In this document: one piece after another, positions 1 to 10,646 of the stretch
Position numbering within the stretch: position 1 is the stretch's first letter
How the letters are laid out: every line of letters begins with the position of its first letter
DNA from: Promethearchaeota archaeon
GTDB lineage: Archaea > Asgardarchaeota > Lokiarchaeia > Sigyniarchaeales > SOKP01
Direction: 5' to 3'
Length of the DNA stretch: 48,290 nucleotides
Assembly: GCA_048938025.1 (NCBI GenBank)
Contig: JBHLMP010000029.1
Span: forward strand, 1 to 48,290
The notes under the pieces: generated by a model
What the model was told of the DNA's origin: nothing
What the model saw: only the letters and a program-made list of their open reading frames with translations
Databases searched by the model: none
Program-made: the position numbers and the translations under genes

Positions 1-129
1 TTGTATTTGAAAATGCCAACCCTGAAGTTTAGTACCAAATCCATGTACAAGGACTAAAATCTCACCCTTACCATTTAGGTAATAATTTATTTCGATATCA
101 TTTTGTATAAAAATTGGAATTAAAATCAC
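1..129 (-). CDS. Alpha/beta hydrolase, N-terminal part (runs off window)
   Basis: Manual translation (M)ILIPIFIQNDIEINYYLNGKGEILVLVHGFGTKLQGWHFQIQ shows the G.G..LVLVHG...W..Q hydrolase motif; true start may be ATT at 120. Confidence 0.8.
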   Translation of the reverse strand, partial: MILIPIFIQNDIEINYYLNGKGEILVLVHGFGTKLQGWHFQIQ

Positions 130-297
130 CCTTTACAATATTGTATATATAATTAAACTATTACCAAATAAAAACTATTTTAATAATTCAACACCCCACT
201 TAAAATGTTTCATAAATAGCTTGAAATTCTATTCCTCTTTAAATAATAACTTAATGAACATTTAGCTTTTCTAAGTTAAAGTTAATAGATAAAGTTT

Positions 298-669
298 TTA
301 ATCTCCTGTAGGTTTGATACTATATTTTTCTACTAATAAAACAGAGGTGCGTAAAGGAGCTCTTGTTCGATGTTTTATACCCTTTGGAACTGTAAAACCT
401 TGGTTTGCATTTAATTCAATAGTTTTACCTTCCAAATCAATTAAAAGGACACCATCGATAACATAGAAGAATTCATCTTCTTTCTTATGAATGTGCCAAT
501 GAAATTCTCCTTCTATAACGGCAAGCCTAACAACTGCATCATTCACTTTACATAGAGATAAATTTTGCCACTTTTTTGAGCTGTCAGCTATTATCGTTGG
601 AAAATCAATTATCTCTAATGGTTTAAATTTTATATCCAGATCAATTGAATATTTACTATAATCACTCAT
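298..669 (-). CDS. Cupin domain protein
   Basis: GEFHWHIH..EDEFFYVIDG and VPKGIKHRT cupin motifs. Confidence 0.85.
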   Translation of the reverse strand: MSDYSKYSIDLDIKFKPLEIIDFPTIIADSSKKWQNLSLCKVNDAVVRLAVIEGEFHWHIHKKEDEFFYVIDGVLLIDLEGKTIELNANQGFTVPKGIKHRTRAPLRTSVLLVEKYSIKPTGD

Positions 670-725
670 TTTTAATCACCTATAATTAAATTATAAAGCT
701 CTGAAATTAATAAAGATGAGAGAGC

Positions 726-1034
726 TTATGAATCACTTTTAGTTCGAGTAATTTTAAACACTACAGGATTATCGGGATCTGGACAACAAAGCATTGTTGT
801 ATCCTTATCTTCGGACCAAGGAAAAGAACCATCAAATCTTAAAGTGGTTATAAAAGGAAAAATCGAATTATAAGCAGCCTGGCAAATTTTACCGACATCA
901 TCGGGATATTTAAATTTATCACCGACTTTATGCCCCATAGGGCATTCTCCTCTTTCGAGGATTTTAACAATCTCTAAAGAAATTTCATACATTATGCTTC
1001 CACCTTTTTTTGATATATATTTTAATCTTTTCAT
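726..1034 (-). CDS. TIGR04076-like small Cys-containing protein (start probably ATG at 992)
   Basis: GECPMGHKVGD...IC..AYNSIFP...CCPDPDNPVVFKI pattern. Confidence 0.75.
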   Translation of the reverse strand: MKRLKYISKKGGSIMYEISLEIVKILERGECPMGHKVGDKFKYPDDVGKICQAAYNSIFPFITTLRFDGSFPWSEDKDTTMLCCPDPDNPVVFKITRTKSDS

Positions 1035-1143
1035 AAATTAAACTATTTCTTATCTTAAATAGGTTCACCAATATATCAAATTTATTAAAGGATTTTTCAT
1101 TGAAATCAGACGCTGAATTTACCTTTCAGATATAATTAACGAA

Positions 1144-1806
1144 CTACATTAATTCCATTCTAAAGTTATATTTTAATTTTTTTAATCCATTCAGTAGGAG
1201 ATTTAAATTGTTTTTTAGACTATTTTCCTTTATCAATTCAGCTTTAACCAATAAGTGTTTAAGATAATTAGTATTATGAGACGATTGTGTCATAATAGAA
1301 TTTATAAGGCTTATACAATGTTTAATTATAATATCTTCAGAGAGGTTAATATCAGTTTTAGAGTCCTTAATAAAAAAATCTTTAATGTTAGAGAAATCTT
1401 GCATGTTGATTTCCTGATTAGAAGTAATATTAACCATCATTTCTTTAATTTGGTTGCCAATTTTTTTCATTTTATCTAAGAAAGTTACATTTCCCTCATT
1501 TCTAAGTATTAAAATTATAAAACCAATGTTTACTACTTCAGAAAGTATATAGATATAATCATGATTTTGTATAATTGTAGTATTATAGGAACCATTTGAC
1601 ATTTCTGCATTAAATTGTTCTAAAGCAAAAAGTAAAGAACTTCCAATTGGTCCTATAATTTCAGGAGCAATTTTTAAATCGGTACTAGAACAATTTGATA
1701 TAGGGAGACCATCATTATTAAAGATATAAGAAGAAATATACTTGTCTCCAAATATCTTTTTCATTCCTTGTAGGAGATTATCTAAATTATCTTGAATATT
1801 ACTCAT
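1144..1806 (-). CDS. Roadblock/LC7-like domain protein with C-terminal extension
   Basis: SYIFNNDGLPIS...IIGPIGSSLL...helix followed by three strands. Confidence 0.6.
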   Translation of the reverse strand: MSNIQDNLDNLLQGMKKIFGDKYISSYIFNNDGLPISNCSSTDLKIAPEIIGPIGSSLLFALEQFNAEMSNGSYNTTIIQNHDYIYILSEVVNIGFIILILRNEGNVTFLDKMKKIGNQIKEMMVNITSNQEINMQDFSNIKDFFIKDSKTDINLSEDIIIKHCISLINSIMTQSSHNTNYLKHLLVKAELIKENSLKNNLNLLLNGLKKLKYNFRMELM

Positions 1807-1908
1807 TTAACTAACACAAGATTTTACACTTTTAATTATATATTTCAATTTAATTTTTTAAAGTACTTTCTTTTAAGACCAAAGATCTTAAATTAGCACC
1901 ATAAATTT

Positions 1909-2175
1909 TTAACAAAAAGAGTTATCTTTTCTTCTTCTGACATCATTTTCAATGAATTCACTGAATTCCTTGTTATCTACATCAATAAATTCCCAGAACT
2001 CTTCATAGATATTTATTAATGCTATTTCTTTCTTTTTTTGATTATTGTTATTTTGAAGTTTCGATTTTCTCGGTTTATCTTCAAGATAATTTCCTTCTAT
2101 GATTAGGTTTTCAAAAAGATCATCGTTGGAATCATTAAAATCTTTGAATTTATTATTTTGATTATTTGAGCATTT
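1909..2175 (-). pseudogene. 5'-truncated paralog of 3909..4433 (C-terminal half only)
   Basis: Open frame KCSNNQNNKFKDFNDSNDDLFENLIIEGNY...IYEEFWEFIDVDNKEFSEFIENDVRRRKDNSFC*, bounded upstream by TAG with no ATG/GTG/TTG; near-identical to ~3930-4170. Confidence 0.75.
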
Positions 2176-2283
2176 CTATATGCTGAATATTCGGAATTTA
2201 ATCTAATTATCTTGGACAAAAATAATAAATATTTATTTATAATCTTTTTACATAAAAATCTATACATTTTTGATAAAAATTAA

Positions 2284-3762
2284 ATGAAATTAAAAATAAA
2301 AGTAAATATATTAATTTTAGGAATTTTTCTCGCTTTATCACTCATTGTTATCACTAATCACAATTTTAATAGTGATAAACGTTTAGAATATAGCGATAAA
2401 ATTAATTTAGATTTTAAAGATTTGAAACTCTCAAAACTATCGGGAAAAATTCATATTGACAATAATTGGACTGAGGCTAAGGATGCGGAGATATGTACAG
2501 GGAATGGTACGTATTCTGACCCTTACGTCATAGAAGATTTCGAAATAGATGGCGGAGGTTCGGGAAGTTGTATCTTGATTCAAAATTCTGATGTTTATTT
2601 TAGGATTGAAAATTGTACGGTCTACAATGCTGGAGGTGGCCAAAATGCGGGGATCAAATTATCTAATGTTACTAATTCTCAATTAACTGATAATAATTGT
2701 TCATCTAATTCCAGAGGAATATATTTAGAGAATATTTATAACAGTACTCTTTCGGGAAATACCGCGAATAATAATAACTATGGGATATATTTAGAGAGTA
2801 GTGGATTTAACAATGTTTCGGGAAATAATGTAAACTATAATGGTAATGATGGGATATATCTACACTATTGTTATAATAATAACGTTACAGAAAACAACGT
2901 TAGTTACAATGTCAATCTTGGGATACAATTATACTATAGTCATGATAACAACATTTCCGGAAACATTGCAAATAATAACACGGGGTGTGCGATATGGCTA
3001 GCTTATAGTAATAGCAATAATATTTTGGGAAATGTCGCTAATAACAACAATGTTGGTATATATTTATCTTATATTCAAAATAACACCGTTTCGGGAAATA
3101 CCGCAAATAACAACGATATTGGAATAACTTTAAGTCATAGTGGACCTAACGATGTTTTGGGAAACATCGCAAATAGCAACAGGGATCTTGGCATATATTT
3201 AATTATTAGTTCAAATAACACAGTTTCCGAAAATAATGTAAGTTATAATGATGATGGTGGGATATATCTATATTTTTGTTTTAATAATAATGTTACAGGA
3301 AACAACGTTAGTTACAATGATGATGGGATATCTTTATATTTTAATACTAATAACGAAATTTCGAGAAACAACGTTAGTTACAATCAGGATGCAGGGATCT
3401 TTTTAAGTGAAAGTGATTCTAACACTGTTTTGGGAAATGTCGCTAATAACAACAATAATGGGATGTATTTATACGATAGTTCTAAAAATGATATATCGGG
3501 AAATACCGCGAATAATAATAACTATGGGATATATTTAAAGAAAAGTAATTATAACATTGTTTCGGGAAATATCTTACTGGGAAATGATAAATGCATCGTA
3601 GAAGATAATTGTCAAGGAAATGAGTTTAGTGATAATGGTTCTTGCGAACCTTACCAATTAGGCGATGAAAAAGGAGAAATTCTTGGTTATAATCTATTCT
3701 TACTCCTTGGCATTTTATCCATGGTAACAATCCTAATAAGTAAAAAGCTAAAGAAATATTAA
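2284..3762 (+). CDS. Secreted right-handed parallel beta-helix (NosD/CASH) surface protein with Loki-CTERM-like anchor
   Basis: Signal peptide, GNGTYSDPYVIE motif, many ~22-aa GIYL..S.NN.VSGN repeats, C-terminal ILGYNLFLLLGILS..ILISKKLKK. Confidence 0.85.
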   Translation: MKLKIKVNILILGIFLALSLIVITNHNFNSDKRLEYSDKINLDFKDLKLSKLSGKIHIDNNWTEAKDAEICTGNGTYSDPYVIEDFEIDGGGSGSCILIQNSDVYFRIENCTVYNAGGGQNAGIKLSNVTNSQLTDNNCSSNSRGIYLENIYNSTLSGNTANNNNYGIYLESSGFNNVSGNNVNYNGNDGIYLHYCYNNNVTENNVSYNVNLGIQLYYSHDNNISGNIANNNTGCAIWLAYSNSNNILGNVANNNNVGIYLSYIQNNTVSGNTANNNDIGITLSHSGPNDVLGNIANSNRDLGIYLIISSNNTVSENNVSYNDDGGIYLYFCFNNNVTGNNVSYNDDGISLYFNTNNEISRNNVSYNQDAGIFLSESDSNTVLGNVANNNNNGMYLYDSSKNDISGNTANNNNYGIYLKKSNYNIVSGNILLGNDKCIVEDNCQGNEFSDNGSCEPYQLGDEKGEILGYNLFLLLGILSMVTILISKKLKKY

Positions 3763-3908
3763 TTTTTACATTCTCTCAATTAATTATTTATTATTCACCT
3801 CAATTTTTAATTGGCTGATTAAATACTTGATCCTGATTAACTTTCTAAGACCACTTCGAATACATTCAATGATAACCTTATGGTGAGACCTGTATCAGAA
3901 CTCTGGAA

Positions 3909-4433
3909 TCAGAATAAATAAAATGAGTTATATTTCCTTCTTCTGACATCATTTTCAATGAATTCACTGAATTCCTTGTTATCTACATCAATAAATTCCC
4001 AAAATTCTTCATACATATCTTTTAAGGTCATTTCTTTCTTTTCTTGAATATTTTCATTTTCAATTTTCGACTTCCTTAGATTATATTCAACATAATTTCC
4101 TTCTATAATTAAATTTTCAAAAAGCTCATCGTCTGAATCATTGAATCCTTTAAATTTGTTATTTTTTGTTCCACCTTTTTTATTTTCAAATTCAAAATCT
4201 ACTTTTTGGTAACCTCGTACGTAAAATTTTTTATCAACGAATGCTTGAAATTGGTGTTCACATACCAATCCTTTTGCTATTGACATTGTAGTTAGCTGTT
4301 TTGCTTGATTGATGACTGATTTAGGAACTTTTAACACTTTCTTAGATTTACACACAGGACAAATAAATTGGATCTTCATATACTCATTTAAAGTGCCAAT
4401 ACTTACTTTATTACTAACTTTTGTCACTGCCAT
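3909..4433 (-). CDS. Hypothetical zinc-ribbon protein
   Basis: CPVC...CEHQFQAFVDK motif. Confidence 0.65.
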   Translation of the reverse strand: MAVTKVSNKVSIGTLNEYMKIQFICPVCKSKKVLKVPKSVINQAKQLTTMSIAKGLVCEHQFQAFVDKKFYVRGYQKVDFEFENKKGGTKNNKFKGFNDSDDELFENLIIEGNYVEYNLRKSKIENENIQEKKEMTLKDMYEEFWEFIDVDNKEFSEFIENDVRRRKYNSFYLF

Positions 4434-4647
4434 TTTCCTTACTCTCTAGAGATAATTTTAAATAATACATAAAAAGTCCATTATTCTTTCATAAAAATCT
4501 AATTCTTGACTAAATTCTAATACGAAATCGGATTAAAAATTTAAAAATTAATTAACTCTCTTTTATTACGTAATTTTAAAACGTTTTGAGATGCAAATAG
4601 AAATTTCTTTATATTTAAGAATAATTAAAAAGCAATTGAGGCGAAAA

Positions 4648-5217
4648 TTAAAGATTATTTGGATCGAACCTAAGGTTCATATTATTCTTATCTAATTCGA
4701 AGTTAATTTCTATACCAGTAATGAAATCACTTTCAATTTTAAAAATATGTTTACCTTCAGTTACTTTTTCCAAGGAACTCTCATCTAATTTTAAAATAAC
4801 ACTAATACTATCTCCTAGGGCTATAGTTCTTCCACTTAATTTACCTTCCACAAGATCATTCAATTTAAACAATTCTTCTCCATGATATATCATTATTCGT
4901 TCTTGGATTGCGTTTAAACTTATAATTTCTTTAGAAAGATTTAATGGTTCATCATCTAGGTAAATTTTTGCATATTTTGAGATGTCAATGTTATTTATAT
5001 CAAGGTTGTTCATATCAAAGTTTTGAATATTAAAATCACCAATTTCAATGTTCTCAGGAACAACAAAGGGAATAATTATGTTAATAGCCTTAATTTGGAC
5101 TGAATCGGCTTTCCCATTACCTGTTGTGTCTAAAGTATAAACACATTTTTTAGGAGGAAAAATTTTTTTTATTAAAATTTTAAATGCAGATAAATCATAG
5201 GGCTCTCCCATCGACAA
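4648..5217 (-). CDS. Hypothetical protein
   Basis: 189-aa ORF 8 nt downstream of the dehydrogenase, likely co-transcribed. Confidence 0.6.
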   Translation of the reverse strand: MSMGEPYDLSAFKILIKKIFPPKKCVYTLDTTGNGKADSVQIKAINIIIPFVVPENIEIGDFNIQNFDMNNLDINNIDISKYAKIYLDDEPLNLSKEIISLNAIQERIMIYHGEELFKLNDLVEGKLSGRTIALGDSISVILKLDESSLEKVTEGKHIFKIESDFITGIEINFELDKNNMNLRFDPNNL

Positions 5218-5225
5218 TCTCCTTT

Positions 5226-6284
5226 CTATGGTTTTGTAATTACCTTAATACATTTGTGTTCTTTCATTAATTTAAACCCTGTTGAGATTATTTCTTCTAG
5301 TGGAATTTTATGGGTAATAATTTTATCAATATCTATAACCTTATTTGCGATCAATTCTATTGCATCTAAAAAATCTTCAGCATAACCTATATAAGATCCC
5401 ATTATTTTTCTCTGATATCGCACAATATCATTAGGTTTTATCATTGCTTCAGCCCCGAAATCTTGTCCAAATAAGATAAGTCTAGCACCTGGCGCCCAAA
5501 TTCTTAATGCATTCTTAAAGGTCTCTGAAATACCTACAGCATCAATTATAACATCAGCACCTTCTCCATTGGTTGACTTCATTATTTCTTTCTTAATATC
5601 TTGACTTCTTGGATTAATAACCTGATCAGCTCCTAGTTCGTATGCCTTTTTAATTCTCCATTCATCTATTTCTACTGAAATTAATCTCTTTATTGGATGT
5701 TTTCTAATAATAGACTCTATTATTAAACCCATTGGTCCTGCTCCCATAATTACTATATTATCAGATTCTTTAACATCAGCAATGTTATGACAATGAACTG
5801 CGCAAGAAAGGGGTTCTACTAAAGCTGCTGAGGTTAAATCAATATCATTTGGAAGTTTAAATATGGCACTCCTTGGAACAACGCAATATTTAGCAAAACC
5901 CCCATTCTGAAAAATGCCAAAAGTCGTACCAGACGCCATATAATCACAGAGATTTGATAACCCTCTTCTACAGTTAATACAATAACCGCATTTCTCATTA
6001 GGGTCTATGACTGCTTTATCTCCTAGTTTTAAATCTTGTATATCACTACCTAATTCTTTAACAACACCCACAAATTCATGACCTAAAATAGTATTATCAT
6101 TTGCAGGATGTCCACCATCTAGTATTTTTAAATCTGTCCCACAGATACCACATGCTTTTACTTCAATTAATATTTCATTATTTTTAGTGATTTGAGGTAT
6201 TTCTAACTGTTCAAGCTTTATTTCACCGCCACCATTCTCTTTAGTTTTATGAAAAACGGCCGCAAGCATTTTATCCATATACAT
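5226..6284 (-). CDS. Zn-dependent MDR alcohol dehydrogenase (sorbitol/threonine DH-like)
   Basis: CGICGTD, GHE, CGYCINC..C, GAGPMG motifs. Confidence 0.9.
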   Translation of the reverse strand: MYMDKMLAAVFHKTKENGGGEIKLEQLEIPQITKNNEILIEVKACGICGTDLKILDGGHPANDNTILGHEFVGVVKELGSDIQDLKLGDKAVIDPNEKCGYCINCRRGLSNLCDYMASGTTFGIFQNGGFAKYCVVPRSAIFKLPNDIDLTSAALVEPLSCAVHCHNIADVKESDNIVIMGAGPMGLIIESIIRKHPIKRLISVEIDEWRIKKAYELGADQVINPRSQDIKKEIMKSTNGEGADVIIDAVGISETFKNALRIWAPGARLILFGQDFGAEAMIKPNDIVRYQRKIMGSYIGYAEDFLDAIELIANKVIDIDKIITHKIPLEEIISTGFKLMKEHKCIKVITKP

Positions 6285-6438
6285 CGCCTTAATAGAATCT
6301 TTTATGTATAGAAATTATCTCTCACAATTATAATTTATTTGTATTATTATTCATTTTAAATTAAACATTTAAATTAGTATAAATTAATCTTGAAATATTA
6401 ATTAAAAAAATCAATTAATCAATAAAATTGTTGATTTT

Positions 6439-7644
6439 ATGAGTAAAGAAAATGTAGAAGTTTATGGATTTCGCTGGGTAGTTCTATTGCTTTTTATGCT
6501 AGTAAACATAACAATGCAAATATTATGGATAAGTTTTGCTCCTGTCAGAAGTGTTGCTGCAAGTTTTTATGAAGTTGATGAACTTTTTATTGATTTGTTG
6601 GCAATGAGTTTCATGGTGGTATATATTCCAGTAACTTTCTTATCGGCTTGGATGATTGATAAATTTGGATTCAAGATAGGGGCGGGATTAGGAGCTATAA
6701 TTGCAGGTATATTCGGTCTACTAAGATTTTTTGCATTTGAAGATTATTTTCTTGTGTTGTTATTTCAAATAGGAATTGGCTTAGGACAGCCCTTTATTCT
6801 AAATGCAGTCACAAAATTATCAGCTAATTGGTTTCCTGACAATGAAAGAACAACAGCTACGGGAATCGCATTAATCTCACAATTTCTGGGGATTGCTCTC
6901 GGTATGTTTATGACTCCAATACTTGTTTCTGGAGATAATTTATTACCTATGCTACTTATTTATGGTGTTATATCTCTGATAACAATGATACTTTTTGTAG
7001 TATTTGTGAAAGATAAACCGTCAACTCCTCCTTCAAGAGATGTTATAGAAGAAAAAGTATTAATGTCTGAAGGTCTAAGGAAATTATTTACAAATAAACA
7101 CTTCATTATGCTCTTTATTCTTTTTTTCTTGGGTTTAGGGATTTTTAACACCATTACCACATATATTGAAGGTATAGTAGAACCGAGAGGGTATGACACT
7201 GATTTTGCAGGAATTTTAGGTGCTCTAATGCTATTAGGAGGAATCGTAGGATGTGTTATAATGTCTACATTATCAGATAAATTCAAAAAACGTAAAATCC
7301 TACTAATAATATCCATTTTTATAGCAACAGTTTCTCTATTTATGATTACTTTCACAGAAGAAAAAATAATGTTAATTACATATGGATTTCTACTAGGATT
7401 CGGCTTACTTTCAGCGGGTCCAGTGGGTTTGGAGTATGCTGTTGATATAACAAAACCTGTACCAGAAGCAAGCTCTACTGGAATGTTAATGATGGTCGGG
7501 CAAATAGGAGGAATTCTATTTATTCTTAGCCTTGAAGATGTCAAAATAAATAATGATTATTGGCCTGCTCTATTAATACAAACAATTTTGCTTGTTATAG
7601 CTTTAATAATAGTATTCTTCTTGAAAGAGAAAAGTAAGAAGTAA
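6439..7644 (+). CDS. MFS transporter (FLVCR-like)
   Basis: About 12 TM segments; RWVVLLLF, WFPDNERTTA, LSDKFKKRK motifs. Confidence 0.9.
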   Translation: MSKENVEVYGFRWVVLLLFMLVNITMQILWISFAPVRSVAASFYEVDELFIDLLAMSFMVVYIPVTFLSAWMIDKFGFKIGAGLGAIIAGIFGLLRFFAFEDYFLVLLFQIGIGLGQPFILNAVTKLSANWFPDNERTTATGIALISQFLGIALGMFMTPILVSGDNLLPMLLIYGVISLITMILFVVFVKDKPSTPPSRDVIEEKVLMSEGLRKLFTNKHFIMLFILFFLGLGIFNTITTYIEGIVEPRGYDTDFAGILGALMLLGGIVGCVIMSTLSDKFKKRKILLIISIFIATVSLFMITFTEEKIMLITYGFLLGFGLLSAGPVGLEYAVDITKPVPEASSTGMLMMVGQIGGILFILSLEDVKINNDYWPALLIQTILLVIALIIVFFLKEKSKK

Positions 7645-7720
7645 ACAAATTAATTTATTTTTTTATCTTTTATTACATATATAGTAGTTAGAAAAATCTA
7701 ATATAATAAAATCATTAAAA

Positions 7721-8899
7721 ATGAAAGCTGTTGAATTATCGGCTGTGTGGGATCCCAAACCTGAATATAAAACTAGCTCTAAAGATATTAATGGAAAATT
7801 AACATATTTAGGTTCTCAAGTTTGGAGAAATCCAACAGTAAAAATTGTTGATAAAAATAGCCCTCAAATTAAGTCCAATGAAGTGTTAATCAAAGTAAAA
7901 AGATGTGGAATATGTGGTTCCGATGTACATATGGCTCAAACATATAATGATGGATATATTTATTACCCTGGTTTAACAGCTTTCCCTGTGACTCTTGGAC
8001 ATGAATTTGCAGGTGAAATTGTTGAAGTTGGGAATCAAGCAATTAATAAAAGAACTGGTAAACTTTATGAAGTGGGAGAACCTGTGACTGTTGAAGAAAT
8101 GGTATGGTGTGGTGAATGTAAACCTTGTTGTGATGGTTATCCTAACCATTGTGAACGATTACAAGAAATTGGTTTTTCCATTGATGGCGCATATGCTGAA
8201 TACATTGCTGTACCAGCAAAATTATGCTGGAGTTTGAAAAAATTAGAAAACCAATATAATGATATTTTTAAAATTGGTAGTTTGGTTGAGCCAACTTCAG
8301 TTGCATATAATGCTGTTATAGAAAGAGGTGGTGGAATTCGACCAGGTGAGAATGTGATTATTTTAGGAGCTGGTCCTATTGGTTTAGCAGCAGTAAAAAT
8401 TTTAAAGAGTGCTGGAGCTGCTGTATGTATTGTATCAGAACCAGAAGAAAGTCGAGCATCGTTAGCGAAAAAATTGGGTGCTGATTACGTAATCAATCCT
8501 TTAAAAGAAGACTTTGTAGAAGCAACAAAAAAGTACACTGATAGTGAGGGAGCTGCCCTCTATCTTGAAGCTACGGGATTACCTGATATTGTTACAGATG
8601 ATATACAAAATGCAATATGGGAATGTAAATCAGTTAATAGTACGGTGGTTATTGTAGCTAGAGCCGAACAAAAAATGCCGGTATGTGGTGAATATTTCCA
8701 AGTAAGGAGAGCTCGCATCGTAGGATCTCAAGGTCATTCGGGACATGGTAATTTTCCAAATGTAATAAATTGTATGGCAAATGGAATGGATTTAACTCCA
8801 ATAATCACAAAAGAAATAAAAATTGACGAAGTACCTGAAAATCTTAAACTTCTGCAAACTGATAAAGAAAATTGTAAGATTTCTATTAGAATAAGTTAA
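7721..8899 (+). CDS. iolM: scyllo-inosose 3-dehydrogenase (IolM-like)
   Basis: MDR motifs plus characteristic WDPKPEY..GKLTYLGSQVWRNP N-terminus and GSQGHSGHG. Confidence 0.85.
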   Translation: MKAVELSAVWDPKPEYKTSSKDINGKLTYLGSQVWRNPTVKIVDKNSPQIKSNEVLIKVKRCGICGSDVHMAQTYNDGYIYYPGLTAFPVTLGHEFAGEIVEVGNQAINKRTGKLYEVGEPVTVEEMVWCGECKPCCDGYPNHCERLQEIGFSIDGAYAEYIAVPAKLCWSLKKLENQYNDIFKIGSLVEPTSVAYNAVIERGGGIRPGENVIILGAGPIGLAAVKILKSAGAAVCIVSEPEESRASLAKKLGADYVINPLKEDFVEATKKYTDSEGAALYLEATGLPDIVTDDIQNAIWECKSVNSTVVIVARAEQKMPVCGEYFQVRRARIVGSQGHSGHGNFPNVINCMANGMDLTPIITKEIKIDEVPENLKLLQTDKENCKISIRIS

Positions 8900-9027
8900 A
8901 TTTGTTTATTACAACTGTTTTTTCTTATTAAGAAAGTATTAATACAATTTTACAATCAAAACTTTTTTATATCATTTTCATCTATTTTTGTTATTCAAAA
9001 ATAATAAAATAAGAAGAGATCGATATT

Positions 9028-9633
9028 ATGAATGAAAATCAAGATGAGGAAGAAGGTTTTGAATTAAAGGAAGAAGCTGAAAGTAGAGAGCAAATACTTG
9101 AAAACAAGAAAAAGGAGGAACAAATTGCTTTAAAAAGAACTGAAACCTGTCACTTTAAAACTGAACATCCAGAATCTCTAGAAATTACGCAAAATGAACC
9201 CTTTTATAGAATTCCGTTGACTAATATTATAGAAAGTGAGGATGTTTTTTATATTCTTATGGAATTACCAGGATTAGACAAAAAGAATGTTAAAATTTCC
9301 TTACAAGAAGGAATTCTAGAATTAATTGGAGAAAAATCAATAAAAAACAAAGAAAAAAAGGAAGAGAAAAAGGAAAAAGAAAAAGAGAAAGAGAAAAAAG
9401 AAAAAAAGGATGAAAAGAAAGATAAAGACAAGAAAAAAGAAAAATATAAAGAAATAAAGGGTGACTATTTAAGAAGAGAAATTCGAACCGCTAACTTCTT
9501 TAGATGTTTTCACTTACCTGAAGATATAACTCCTGAAGAAATTGATGCAAGCTTTAGAAATGGTATCCTACAGTTAAAAATTCCGAAAAAATCAGCAAAG
9601 ATTAGTGAAAAGAAAGTAATAGAAATTAAATAA
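9028..9633 (+). CDS. Hsp20/alpha-crystallin small heat shock protein with K/E-rich insert
   Basis: ELPGLDKKNVKI, F.RCFHLP, ASFRNGILQLKIPK, C-terminal IEIK. Confidence 0.9.
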   Translation: MNENQDEEEGFELKEEAESREQILENKKKEEQIALKRTETCHFKTEHPESLEITQNEPFYRIPLTNIIESEDVFYILMELPGLDKKNVKISLQEGILELIGEKSIKNKEKKEEKKEKEKEKEKKEKKDEKKDKDKKKEKYKEIKGDYLRREIRTANFFRCFHLPEDITPEEIDASFRNGILQLKIPKKSAKISEKKVIEIK

Positions 9634-9714
9634 ATTCTATTACCCATAATTCTCTTATTTTTTATTGTTCTAATTAATTTTTTTAAATTTTTAATAAGAT
9701 CTATCATTTTAATT

Positions 9715-10527
9715 CTATAAAATTAATCGAAGATATTCAGAAGATTCTCTAGCGACTTCCTCAAACGAGGGTTTCATAATTGTTTCAATTGAAGCAAACC
9801 CATTATAACCTGCATTTTTAAATATATTTAAGAAGGTTCTAAAATCAAAATGTCCTGTACCAGGTGCTCTCCGGGTGCAATCAGCTAAATGAATATGAGA
9901 AACATAATGAGCAATTTCGTTTAAATAATCCCAAATAAAACCGGGATCTTCTTCCAAATAAATATGATAAGAATCAACTAATAATCTCAAGGAATTAGAA
10001 CCTATCTCTTTTATTAATTCTACCGATTCTGAGATAGTATTATAAGAATCCATTTCGAATCGATTTATAGGTTCAATTAATAATTCTACATTGTTATTTT
10101 CTGCTAACCTACAACATTCTTTTAAGGATGATTTAATATTTGTTTTCTCTTTTTTTTGACTACTTTCAAAAGTATAACGACCCCTAATTAATCCAATAAT
10201 GACTTTTGATTGTACTTCACGGGCAAATTCAACGTATTTCTCAACTCTCTCAATTGCTTTTCTCCTTATTGATTCATCAATATGACCAAGTGAATAACCA
10301 AAACGAATAAAAGTATTCCCTGTTCCCAGTGCTGGTATTTCTAATTCATAAGAATCTTTAATTTCATTTATTTTTTTAACATCAATTTTTTCTGGTTCTA
10401 GTAAGCTTAATTCAACTCCATCATAATCTAGTGGCTTTAAAAAGTTACAGATAGTAGAGAATTTTTTACTTATTTCTTCTTGATTTTGTTTGGATTCGTT
10501 AAGAGTAGATACAATACTCAATCGCAT
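9715..10527 (-). CDS. iolO: 5-keto-L-gluconate epimerase (IolO-like, xylose isomerase-like TIM barrel)
   Basis: ALGTG, IIGLIRGR, IEPINRFE, DSYH, HLAD..R.APGTGHFDF; context with iolM/iolN. Confidence 0.75.
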   Translation of the reverse strand: MRLSIVSTLNESKQNQEEISKKFSTICNFLKPLDYDGVELSLLEPEKIDVKKINEIKDSYELEIPALGTGNTFIRFGYSLGHIDESIRRKAIERVEKYVEFAREVQSKVIIGLIRGRYTFESSQKKEKTNIKSSLKECCRLAENNNVELLIEPINRFEMDSYNTISESVELIKEIGSNSLRLLVDSYHIYLEEDPGFIWDYLNEIAHYVSHIHLADCTRRAPGTGHFDFRTFLNIFKNAGYNGFASIETIMKPSFEEVARESSEYLRLIL

Positions 10528-10544
10528 ATAATATTTAATTATAT
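10525..10544. repeat. att-like direct repeat, left copy (overlaps iolO start codon)
   Basis: Identical to 13016-13035; internal dyad ATATAAT-N5-ATTATAT. Confidence 0.7.
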
Positions 10545-10646
10545 AAAGATAATTAAATATAATTATTAAGACAAGACATATTTATTGGTTCTTATAAAAT
10601 CAAATCTAACAATACATAAGAGTTTTAAGGATTTTAATTTTCAAAA

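Noticed and set aside
6960-7544. 194-aa antisense ORF, and other short nested ORFs (1255, 2437, 9249, 11789, 13702, 15015, 21406, 31636, 36061, 39620, 42440, 46157, etc.)
   Set aside because: They overlap well-supported genes and have no recognisable motifs.
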